In this document: positions 27,832 through 39,404 of the stretch, in pieces
Numbering within the stretch: the stretch's first letter is position 1
Layout: each line of letters opens with the position of its first letter
Assembly (NCBI GenBank): GCA_043228905.1
Contig: JBHGNT010000003.1
Span: 14,446,001 to 14,510,000, forward strand
Direction of reading: 5' to 3'
Source of the DNA: Azolla caroliniana
Taxonomy: Eukaryota > Plantae > Polypodiophyta
DNA length: 64,000 nucleotides
Notes under the pieces: model-generated
The model's database searches: none
What the model saw: the letters and a program-made list of their open reading frames with translations, nothing else
Told to the model about the DNA's origin: nothing
Made by a program: the position numbers and the translations under genes

Positions 27832-29772
27832 ATGTATGTATGTGTGTGTGTGTGTGTGTGTGTGTATGTTTGTATGTATGTATGTATGTATGTATGTATG
27901 TATGTATGTATGTATGTGTGTGTGTATGTGTATGTGTGTAGGTGTGTGTTTTTATGTATGCGTGTATGTATGCGTGCGTGCATGCGTGCGTGTGTGTTTG
28001 TGTGTATGTGTGTAGGTGTATGCATATATCCATATGTCAATGTACATGACTCAATGTATATGAATGTGTGATTGTAATATATGCATATGTAATGTATGTA
28101 TATACATGCATGAATGTACATATGTAATTTATGTATGTGTATAGTGTATGGTATATGCATATATGCATACATGAGTGTGTGGATGTTTGTTTGTAATATT
28201 TATGTATATACGTATGTATTGTAGTTTGTGATGATATGTATGTACATATGTAACGTATTTATGTGTATAGATGTATGCTTGTAAAACTTATAACATCGTA
28301 GGCATATGTACGTATATATATGGTGATATGTGGAATATGTATGTGTATGCATATATGTATCTATCAATATACATGATTCAATGAGTATGAATGTGTTTGT
28401 AATATGTATGTATATATCCAATGTATGTATGTGTGTATGTGGTCATATGTATGTAAATGTATGAATATATGTATGCGTATATATGTAATGTATTTATGTA
28501 TGTATATTTTTGGGATATTTTCATGTTTAGTATATATATGGTTCGTATATGGACGTATGTTTGTAATATGTATGTAATATGCATGTATATATCCAATGTA
28601 TGTGGAAGTATACATATACCTAATGTGTGTGTGTATGTAAGTATTGTGGTTTGTATGGTCCAGTATAATCTATATATATGGTGATATGTGGAATATGTAT
28701 TTACATATGTAATATATCTATATCTATATCTATATATATGTAAATTATGTATGTGTAAATTTGTATATTGTGTAATAGGTATGGATTATATGGTATATAA
28801 TATCTAATTTATTTATGTGTGTGTGCACGTGTATATATATGTAATATATGTAACTTGTTTGTAAGTATGAAGATTTGTATACATACATATTGATATAATA
28901 TGTAGTCTTAGGTATTAATATGTATGTGTATGTGTATATATATAATATGTAATTTATTTTTCTGTGTTTTGTATGTATATATGCATTTGTGTATGTATGT
29001 ATGTCATATGTAATTTTATTGTATGTATTATGTTACATGTATATATGTATGTCAATATATATGGTTGAAACTTGATTCTAATATGTATGCAGTATGTAAT
29101 GCATGCATGTATGTGTATGTACATATTTACATATGGTAATATATATTTGTACATATATTTATGTTTAGTCTGTATGCATGTATAAATGGGTGTAATGTAT
29201 GTATATACATATTCATGTATGTAATGTTTGAATGTACAAGTATATACGCATGTGTGATGTGTGATATATGAATGTAGGTATATATGCATGTATGTGGTAT
29301 GCATGTGTGATGTGTGTTATGTTCGTGTGTGTATGTATGTATTGTATTGTATTGTATGTATGGAATGTGTGTATGTGTATATATATAATATGTACTTTAT
29401 TTTTTTATGTTTGGTTTGTATATTTGCATTTGTATATAATTGTGTGTATAATAATATGTGTGTGTAATATGTAATATATAAAATATGTTTGTGAGAATGT
29501 GTATGTATATATGTAATATGTAATTTTTATGTATGTATTATGTATATTCCTATGTCAATATATATGGCCGATTCTAATATGTATGTAGTATGTAATGCAT
29601 GTATCTATGTGTATGTACATATTTACATATGGTAATACATATTTCTACATATATTTATGTTTAGTCAGTATGCATGTATAAATGGGTGTAATGTATGTAT
29701 ATACATATTCATGGATGTAATGTTTGAATGTAGGTATATGCATGCATGCATGCATGTATGTATGTATATATG
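27725..29772. repeat. Compound (TG)n/(TATG)n/(TA)n microsatellite field; AT-rich sequence resumes at 61125-61310 beyond Copia I
   Basis: Directly visible; internal ~270-bp degenerate duplication (~29005-29290 vs ~29515-29760). Confidence 0.9.
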
Positions 29773-30392
29773 TGTTGAGAATATGCGAAATAATCTTCGG
29801 CCACAACCGAGACTTAGATCACTTAATGATAATCAAACATAGAAGAAATGAGAAATGGAAGTAAGTACACAAACAGAAAAGAATGCACAAGATGTCAACG
29901 TGGAAAACCCTAAACGGGAAAAACCACGAGAGCCCACAGACTCCAAAGTATCACTATGTTGAGAGGAATACAACAAGTAAACATGGAGGCAGCGACCTCG
30001 TCCTCACACTCTTCGCCTAGCGGCGGTTACAATAAAGACTTACTATGTTTCTCTCTCTCTCTCCCTCTCCCTCTCTCTCTCTCTGTTACGCTCTGTACAA
30101 CAGTTACACTCAATAACTCTATACAAAATAATGACTACACAATGATACACATTGTTTGCCCTAGGTCATATTTATACTAATATGACATTAGGACTATTTA
30201 CAGATATGGCCCCAATGGGCTCTCAGAAACATATTTCCATATATGTCCTTTCCTCTGGTGAGACCTTCTCACCGGGCCTGCATCATCCAGTTCTCACCGA
30301 GTCTTCCTTGCCGGGTACTCATCATCCGGTTCTCACCGGGTCTTCCGTTCCCGGGTACTCATATCCCATTCGGAGGGACCGAAATCCTAACA
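29773..30392 (-). repeat. 3' LTR of Copia I (620 bp)
   Basis: Homologous to 60340-61124. Confidence 0.93.
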
Positions 30393-30438
30393 AACTCCCC
30401 CTTCACTCCGGCATGGGATGCCTCGTCAATCCGATCCT

Positions 30439-31736
30439 CTACCTACATGCATCCAGCTTGTCGGGTGTCAACACTTTGGTCAGCATATCCGTCTCGTTCT
30501 CCTCCGTGTGGATCTTCGTCAACACGAACTCTCGATCTTCCACTCGCTCTCGGATCCAGTGGTACCTCCGTTGGATGTGCTTCGTCCTGGAATGGTAGGC
30601 CGCATTCTTTGCAAGGTGGATGGCACTCTGACTGTCATAGTAGAGCTGGTATTCCTCTTGTTGGATCCCTAGCTCTCCGATGAAGTCCTTCATCCATAAT
30701 ATTTCCTTGCCGGCTTCCACAGCCGCCATGTACTCCGCCTCCGTGGTTGAAAACGCAACCGTCTTATGCAGCCTCGACTGTCACGAAACAGCTCCCCCTG
30801 CATATTTCATAACATATCCCGATGTTGACCAGCTGGTATCCGCATCAGCCGACATATCCGAATTAGTGAAACCGTCAAGTTGGGGTTTACCGGAGCCGAA
30901 TCAGAGACACATACTTGAGGTGCCTTTCAAGTATCAGAGTATCCATTTTATCGCATTCCAGTGCTCCTTGCTGGGATTGCTCATAAACCGGCTCACCACT
31001 CCGATTGCGTATTCGATATCCGGTCGAGTACACACCATTGCATACATTAAGCTCCCGATGGCAGAGGCATATGGTATCTTCATCATATCCGCCTTCTCTG
31101 CCTTCGTCTTTGGGCTTTGCTTACCATATAATCTGCATTTTGTCGGGAGTGTCAATCCGACCGGTTTCGCATCTAACATGTTGAACCGCTGAAGCACCTT
31201 TGTCATGTACTTCTCCTGTGACAACCACAATTGCTTCTTTGACCGGTCCCGGATGATATGCATCCCCAGTATTTGTCTTGTCGAACCCAAGTCTTTCATT
31301 GAGAAGGTCTGGTTCAGAGCCTTCTTCAACGTCCGTATCTTGACTCCACGTACAGGAGGAGTATCAGGAAGTTTCCACCTTCAAACTTCTTCACAAACAC
31401 GCAGTGATTGGCCTGCGTCTTGTGGTATCCTTGATCGGTCATGAAAGAGTCGAACTTCCGGTACCATTGCCGGGGAGCCTGCTTCAAACCGTAGAGGCTC
31501 TTCTTCAACCGGCAAACCAGGTGCTCCTTCCCTTTCTTCACAAATCCCTCTGGTTGCTGCATGTAGATCTCCTCTTCGAGGTCGTCGTGGAGGAACGCCG
31601 TCTTCACGTCTAACTGCTCTACCTCGAGGTCCATGCTTGCCGCTATGCTCAGCACCGTCCGGATGGAAGTCATCTTTACTACCGGGGCAAATATCTCGTC
31701 GAAGTCCACTCCCTTCTTTTGCTGGAACCCCTTCAC
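30439..31736 (-). pseudogene. Copia I RT-RNase H (3' part of pol)
   Basis: QLDVKTAFLH, KSLYGLKQAPRQWY, TRPDI, HSRTKHI; the YVDD motif is deleted near 31345. Confidence 0.9.
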
Positions 31737-32196
31737 TGTTACTCCTAGGGCTGGACAACAGCCTAACACAGGGTGTCCACTTAAGACACTTCACCAAAGG
31801 GTGGTACGGTAGAATGACTTACGACACAACGCTTAATTAAACCTTAATCGATTACTTAAGAATACTTCATTTACACGCGTAAGATATACAATAAGCACAG
31901 AACGGTAATCAACATTGAAAGATTAAGGCAATAAGTTCTATTAATTATCCGCTCTCGATTACATTGTAACCGGGCCTTTATATAGGTCTCCGGTGCGAAA
32001 TACAAAACGGTGTCAACCGGAACCTTTTCGGGATCGGTCCGGATCCGGATTGGCATACCGATTCCGGTCCGTCCGTCCACATCTTCTCATATATTACTAT
32101 ATATTTTAAGACTACTAATTACAACAGTTCCCAAATAAACTATTCCTTTCACACTCTGGTTTGGATCTCCTTAAGCCTTCTTGCCAGCCGGTAACA
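31737..32196 (-). repeat. 3' LTR of B
   Basis: TGTTAC...GTAACA; partner at 57157-57616. Confidence 0.95.
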
Positions 32197-32198
32197 CA

Positions 32199-32238
32199 TG
32201 GCACGCCCGTGGGACAGTACCTTGTACGTCGAACCCAT
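32199..32238 (-). other. tRNA-3'-end-like structured motif at the PPT position of B
   Basis: Minus strand ATGGGTTCGACGTACAAGGTACTGTCCCACGGGCGTGCCA, then TG, then the LTR. Confidence 0.8.
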
Positions 32239-32250
32239 TATCCGGCCCTT

Positions 32251-33835
32251 TTACGCTTCGTCCAAAATGTCCAGAATGCTTTGCTCCAAAATTTCCAATG
32301 GCTCGTCGGGAATCTGTTGTTGCTGTTGTGGCTGTTGTTCCGTTTGTGCCTTCTCCGTTTGGGGCTGCGGCTCCGTTTGTCGCTCTGGCACCGACGTTTC
32401 CTTCGTTAGTTCCTCCGTCCGAGTTGTCTCTGGCTGACTGGCCCCGGCTTGGTCCCCGTCTGGTCCTAGTACCGGCGACGGTTCCTCATCACTAAGGTTG
32501 ACCGTTGCCACCTTTCTCGCTTTTTCTTCCCGAAGCCGGGACCACTCATAGCTCTCAAACTGGATTTGAGCCTCCAGCCGATTGTCGTCCAGTTGAGCTA
32601 TGAGTTGCCGGACCTGTACCAATTGTTCATCCGCAAGGGCTGTGAAATCTTCGGCCAGCTCATCCCTTATATTGGTGAAGTCCTCCAATGTCAGCATATA
32701 TCAGTCGTCACTCTCCTTCCGCCGGTTTTCCACGTCCGCCCTGAGCAATTGGAGTTCCGTCGTATTCTGCGCCCATTTCGTCCACCAACGCACAGAGCGG
32801 TCGTCAATCAAGCTTTTGGTCTTGGTGAGCCATGACCGGAGGATGCACTGGATCCGTTCGGCTCCCATCCGTGATTTGTTTTCTGCGGCTTGTCACTCCT
32901 CTTTCAATTGCTTGATGATACGGACTGTGTCTGCCTCCTGCTCCCTATAATGCGACAATTGATTTTGATAGGTTGTTTGCAACCTCTGTAATACCATTGT
33001 CGCTCTTTCCTTGTCTTCATGGTTCTGTTTGTGGAGCTCCATCCGGTCATTTGTCGCTTCCTCCAATAGCTTGGAACTCTCAGCTCGTTCGTCGGCGAGT
33101 GCCGTTGTGGCCCTATCAACTTCTTGCCGGAGCTCGGCCATCCGTTCCTGCTATTGCTTATACTCCGTCTCCAGCTGCTTGTAGTCCCGATGCAGATGAT
33201 CAAAATCATCGGTCTTCTACTTCAGCCTCTGGTTGATCTCCCAGCGTGCGCGGTCCTCCCGGTCCTTCTGTTGACAGAGTTCCTCCTTCAGCCTCTCGAT
33301 TTCCGTCTCCGCCATCTGTCGCAGCTTGTCTTTTTCCTACAACAATTTCTCTTTTTCCTCCTTTAGCCGGTCGTAAGCATGATGTCCTCTGCCCGGCGGA
33401 GGTTCTCAACAGTCTTTTTTAATTCTTCTTCGGCCGCCTTCTTCAAGTTGCGTTCGCGGCTCCGTAATGCTTCTTGTGCGGCAAGTTCATCTCATAATTC
33501 CGCAAGCTCTTGGGCTTGCGCCGCATCTTTTTCTGGGACACTTTGTGTCTCTGGGATCTTATTCATATGTACATCAACCGGAGTCATTGGTGCTTGGATC
33601 TGCGTTGCGGTTAAGGCCATTTTGGCCATGTCTCCTGTGATCCGATCCAAGTCTTGTTCGAGGCACCGGATCCTTGACCGGGCCATCTCCAATTCATCGG
33701 TTGTGACGAGCAACCGTTCCGTTTGCGCTTTTTCCTCCGCCTCTATGCATCCGACTACTCCGGCAATTTGTTCTCCTATCCACCGGAGCCATTGGCTGTT
33801 GGTGCATTGTTGTTGCGCTTGCACGGCGGGTTGGC
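32251..33835 (-). pseudogene. Extra ORF of B, C-terminal coiled-coil part
   Basis: Homologous to the A ORF; ends EQSILDILDEA*. Confidence 0.85.
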
Positions 33836-34293
33836 TGTTGTCCAGAGGACAGAAATGTAAAATTAGGAAATTAGCAAACGCCAAGTCCGAGTATCACGGG
33901 CCACCGACGGCTCGGTTGTGTATTAAGGGAAAAGTTATTTAAACGAGGACCAGTACCTCAGAGAGAGAGAAGAAAATATAGGCGGAAGCACTAGCTTAGT
34001 CATTCGAGATTAGATAAACTCGTAAGGTCACCGGCCATAGGCCGTGTTCTGTAATCTTTTCTGCCATAGTAATATCTCTTATTTGTGCCTATTTTTGCTG
34101 CATGAGTTTGTGCTTTGATCCATACCTATGAGTTTCACGCCGCCATGTCTATCAAGACCTCGCTAGTGTTTTCTCTCTGAGCCCTATATCTCTCTCGACG
34201 CCTCTGTTACGAGCCTTCACGTACCACGCCCTTGAAGACCAATAGATGCAGATCTATCGAAGGTGTTCACCCAAAGGAACGGGTAACACAATT

Positions 34294-34306
34294 TGGCACG
34301 CCCGGT
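34294..34306 (+). promoter_or_regulatory. PBS of C, tRNA-Arg(UCU)-like
   Basis: TGGCACGCCCGGT, 5 nt after the LTR; complementary to the recalled plant tRNA-Arg(UCU) end ...ACCGGGCGTGCCA. Confidence 0.75.
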
Positions 34307-34479
34307 TACAGCTGTGAGTGCACAGCAAACTTCGTTGAAGGTAACCACCAGCCGCCGTTACGGCGCCCTCTCGCACCACGAGGTCTCGGCCACCCGCCCG
34401 ACGCCCTGAGCCAATTGAAGGAACTTCTGACTCGGCGGTCACTGACCAATCCTTTCCCGATCAATCAGGGGCTTGTCCA

Positions 34480-37400
34480 GTGCAATCCTCGCCACCGGAC
34501 ACTCGATCGCGAGTTGATTCACCACTAGAACCCCCGTCGAGCCCTCCGGAGGTCAATCAACCGGAACTAAACCCTTTTCCGGTGCTACCAGAAGAACCAC
34601 AGTACGACATCATGCCGTACCCATACCCACGATATATCGACGGACCAGACGCGGAGTCACACGTCCGTGCCTTCATATCCATGTGGCAGGCTAACCACTC
34701 CACGCACCGCCTCACGCCAGCCGAAATCGATGCCTCGAAGATTGCCAAGTTCACACTCTCCCCCGATGGACCGGCCGCACGATGGTACTCTCGCCTCGAA
34801 ATAGGAGAGGCCACCACTTTCCAAATCGCGCGCACAAAGTTCCTTGAACTTTTTCATTGCGAGGTGCCTAAACGGGAACTGCTCCGGCAATTCTTCTCTA
34901 TATGCCAAGAACCGCACGAAACGGTCGTGCAGTTCACGATCCGGTTCCAGGATCTCTACAGACAAGTGGCCGATGATGTCTCGGCACAACATATATTGGA
35001 CACTTTCCTATCTAGTTTAAGAGAGCCTCTACGAACGACTCTCGCACTTACAAATTTCGCCAACCATACTATCGAACAAGTCATAGTGCGCGTTCTCGCC
35101 CTCGATCGGAACCAGCACGACACGGCTTTCTCGATGACATCCTTGCAAAACGCTCTTCCCCAAGAGGACAATCGCTTTCGCCAAGCCCTCCAATGCACTG
35201 CGTGTTCAGGATCAAGGCACCTGGCCCTCGAATGTCCACACCGACCACAGTGTCCGATCTGTCAGTCTCGAGCTCACACGGTCGAGCAGTGCGAATATAA
35301 TATGTTGAACCGCACAACGGCGGCACCGGTCCGCCAGATCGAGCCACGAAATACATACTCTCGGTAGGATGAGCGATATATCTACTGAGACCAGGATAAC
35401 GACCAACCACGATCCCCGGATAATCGTCGCCGAAACGACGACTACCAACGTGATAATCGTCGTGAGTATTATCGCGATGAACGACACGACGATTATGCTC
35501 GATACGATGACGATCGCGATGATCGGTATGACCGAAGGAACTCACGCATGGATCGGCGAAACGGCAACCGCAACACACGCAACAATAGAAGACCTAATCA
35601 CAACCGCCGACGGGACGCTCCTCAACATGACCAGCGCGACTCCAAAGCACCTCGGAACAACCCACCACCAAATGAGACCGAGAATCAACAACAACAGCTT
35701 CCACACACAGACCGAGCAGACACCAGCAGCTCGGCCAACGTGACATGTTTTAAATGTAATCAACCAGGCCACTACGCCACACAATGTCCGACAACCAACT
35801 GTGGCAAGGCACCCGCGGTAAACAGTATCATGGCCGATGTTCAAACGGTCACTACCCGGAGTAAAGCGCAGACTACTCAGTGGCAAATCCAGGATGACGT
35901 ACGACAGGCAGCAAAAGAATGGGTCGAGACGGCCAATAAAAATAATGCCACACGCATGCAAACTGACATGAGGGACGGGCCCAGTGAAGTACCACAAACC
36001 CCGGCACCATCCACATCGTCGGAGGACGACCAACTATGGGATGTTCTTACCAACTCCAGCATCTCGTTGCCCCTACATAAACTGCTACCACTCATGCCGA
36101 GATTTCGGGACACCCTGGCTGCACTCCAGGCCAATACTAAGGCCGTGACACCACTGGTACACCTCACCGAAGTAGGAACCGGTCCACCACTCATGGATTC
36201 TCAGAACCCAGCCGTGCGAATCATCATTAAGGGCCAAGACCTGCACGGATGCATCATCGACGACGGATCCAACGTAAACGTTATTAGTGAGTCAACGTGT
36301 CTCAACCTAGGCTTGAATCAATGGGAACCATGCCCCTTTTGGCTTCGGATGGCCGACACCCGCTCTGTTCGCTCCATTGGTTTAATATGCCATCTCGACT
36401 TCACACTCGGAGGCCACATGTTCACGATCTCAGCTGTCGTGCTACGACTGGAGACACAAGGCGCCTATCCAATGTTACTATGTCGACCATGGTTGCGTAC
36501 AACGAATATCAAGCAACATTGGCAACACAACATGATCTCGTTCCGAAGAGGAAAGACAAAAGTCTGAATCATCACGGAAGAACGAGTCCCTGTCGCCCTC
36601 AACACTTCGCCGTTATACGCGGAAGGGGTCCATATGCTCGACGGGTTGGTCGATGAGGAGGTCGATGACTTCCTAGATGATCATCCCACGATCATCCCTC
36701 TCTTCAAAATCAATGCCTTACCAACCATTGAGCCATCTCAAGACGAGGAAGTCACGGAGGAGTCACCACCTCAGAATGAACCCGATGCAACCATAGTTGC
36801 CGAGCTACGTCATGCTCGGGAGGCTTTCGAACGCAAACTCGCCATTTCACAACGAGTGAAAGCATCAACCCTGGAAACAATAAACCTCGGTTCGGACGAG
36901 AATCCCCGTACGGTACAAATTGCCAATAATCTACCAACCGGCGAACGGGCATGCCTCGTAAAATTACTCGCCGACTACCAGGATGTTTTCGCTTGGTCTT
37001 ACACCGATATGAAGGGGTTGGATCCTCAATACTACCAACATCAAATTCACATCTTACCCGACACTCGGCCAGTTCAGCAGAGGCGCTACAGGATGAACCC
37101 CAACTACGCCGCTAAAGTCAAAGAGGAAATTGACAAACTACTCCGAGTGGGCTTCATTCGCCCTGTTAAATGGGCTACATGGTTGAGCCCGATCGTAGTG
37201 GTCCCAAAGAAGAACGGAAAAATCCGCATCTGCGTCGACTATCGGAAGCTTAATGCGGCAACAGTCACCGACGGTTTCCCTCTCCCATTCACGGATAGCG
37301 TCCTCGACACGGTAGCCGGCCACGAATGCTACAGTTTCCTCGACGGGTTCAACGGCTATAACCAGATAAGAATGCACCCGGAGGATCAGGAGAAAACCGC

Positions 37401-38976
37401 TTTCTTCACGGAATGGGGTGTTTTTGTAGCAGAAGTTATGATGTTCGGTCTAAAAACGGCGCCGGCTACGTTCCAGCACATCATCACCGAAATCTTTCAT
37501 GACTACATCCCGGCATTCATGCAAATCTTTCTCAACGATTTCGCCGTGTATGGCCATCGACGGGAACACATGACCCAGTTACGACTCTGCCTGGACCGAT
37601 GTCGCCAAGCTCGATTGAGTTTAAACCCGACGAAATGCGCGTTCTTAGTCACCAGCGGCAACCTTCTCGGCCACATTGTCAGTCAAGAAGGCATCGCTAT
37701 GGACCCAGATAAAGTAAAGGCAATCCTGAATGCCACTGCACCCTCGAACGCTAAGGCACTAAGCCGTTTTTTGGGACAGATCCGGTGGCACAGCCGAATG
37801 ATACGACACCTGGCCGATTTCGCGACACCCTTACACGCGGCAGTCCATCGCCTTCCTTTCCAATGGACGTCAGTCGAGGACACGGCCTATCAGACCCTGA
37901 AACGAATGTTGTCACATGCCCCGGTGGTCCAGTCTCCGGTTTGGTTCGAACCGTTTCATGTCTTCGTAGATGCTTCGGACATCGCCATCGGAAGTGCCCT
38001 GATGCAATGCACACCCCCGAATTGGTATAGGCCTGTGTACTACACCAGCTGACGGCTCTCGACCGTGGAAAAGAATTACTCCACCACCGAGCGGGAGGCC
38101 CTCGGTATGATTTATAACATCAATAAATTTCGGCATTACCTCTTGGGCCGAAAATTCACCTTTCACGTGGATCACTCGGCCCTTCTGTATTTGGTCAATA
38201 AACAAGCCCTCACCGGATGGTTGGCTCGGTGGATGCTCCTACTACAAGAGTTTGATTTTCAGATTTAGCATTGACCCGGGGTACAACATGCTGTCGCTGA
38301 CTACTTGAGCCGTCTTGAGTCAGGAGAACCGGCGAAAACAACGTACGACGAGCTACCGGACGCCAGCCTATTTAATCTGACCACGGTACCAGACGATAAC
38401 GGAGATGAATGGATCACGGAGATGACCCATTTTCTCACTACCGGTGTACCTCCCGAGCACATGACCCTTGACACGAGAAAACGCCTAGCAGTGCGTAGCC
38501 GGAATTTTTGCCTCGTCTTGGACATTCTCTACCACAAAGGCTCGGACGGCATATGGCGCCAAGCGATTCGGCAATTCGAGAAGAACACCGTTCTTCAGGA
38601 AGCCCACCAGGGAGTAGCCGGGGGACACTATACCGGGGATGCCACGGCAAGGAAAGTTTGGCAAAGTGGATTATGGTGGCCGACAATAAAGAAAGACGCT
38701 CACGAGTTTTGCCGGCAGTGCGATTTGTGCCAACGTCAGGGGCAACCAATGGCACAGTCACGGATGCCACACCAGCCGATTCTTCCGTTGGACCCATTTC
38801 AAAAATGGGGTTTGGATTTTGTAGGCCCTTTCAAACCACCCGCGGCCCGAACAGGGAATAGGTATATTATCGTTGCCACGGATTACTGCACCAAATGGGT
38901 CGAGGCTAAGGCACTCCGAAATAAAACGGCGGCATCCACGGCTAAATTTGTGTACGAGCACCTCTGGTGCCGTTAC
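34480..38976 (+). pseudogene. C gag-PR-RT-RNase H-integrase (N-terminal part)
   Basis: CCHC knuckles, CIIDDGSNVN (protease), WLSPIVVVPKKNGKIRICVDYRKLN, VDASDIAIG, HHCC zinc domain, WGLDFVGP. Confidence 0.92.
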
Positions 38977-39404
38977 TGTCAGGAACAATACTGAGATAGA
39001 GAAGGAATTAGTACTAAACGAAGGATTAGTACTATGAGAGGTGTAGAACTTCTTCGAGAGAAGGAAGGAGTGAGCGAGACGGAGAGAAAGAGAGAGATCT
39101 CGAGAGAGAGAGAGTGATGATAAGAAAGATATGTATTATATGAAGAGAATATACAATGGTGGCTAAAAGGCTTAAGACTGGCGTTGAACCAATTTGGTTC
39201 AACATAATGCCTAGTGCCCTCTTTTATAGTGTTTTCAGGAGTAATCCTGAAGCTTCTAGAATGTTCCAGAGAAATCTGGAATATACACTAATTTCCTATA
39301 ATAAAATGTAAATGAAAATAATATTCTACGTATTACAATAGATGGTCTAATGGTCAAGAGCTCGACCCATGTAACCTAAGGTCATGGGTTCGAGTCTTGC
39401 CATA

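Noticed and set aside
27636-29842. His/Thr/Tyr- and Cys/Val/Met-rich ORFs
   Set aside because: Translations of microsatellite sequence.
33379-33942. Long antisense ORFs over retroelement genes (also 46507-47055, 56429-57076, 57642-58406)
   Set aside because: Shadow frames of GC-rich coding strands; some cross insertion junctions.
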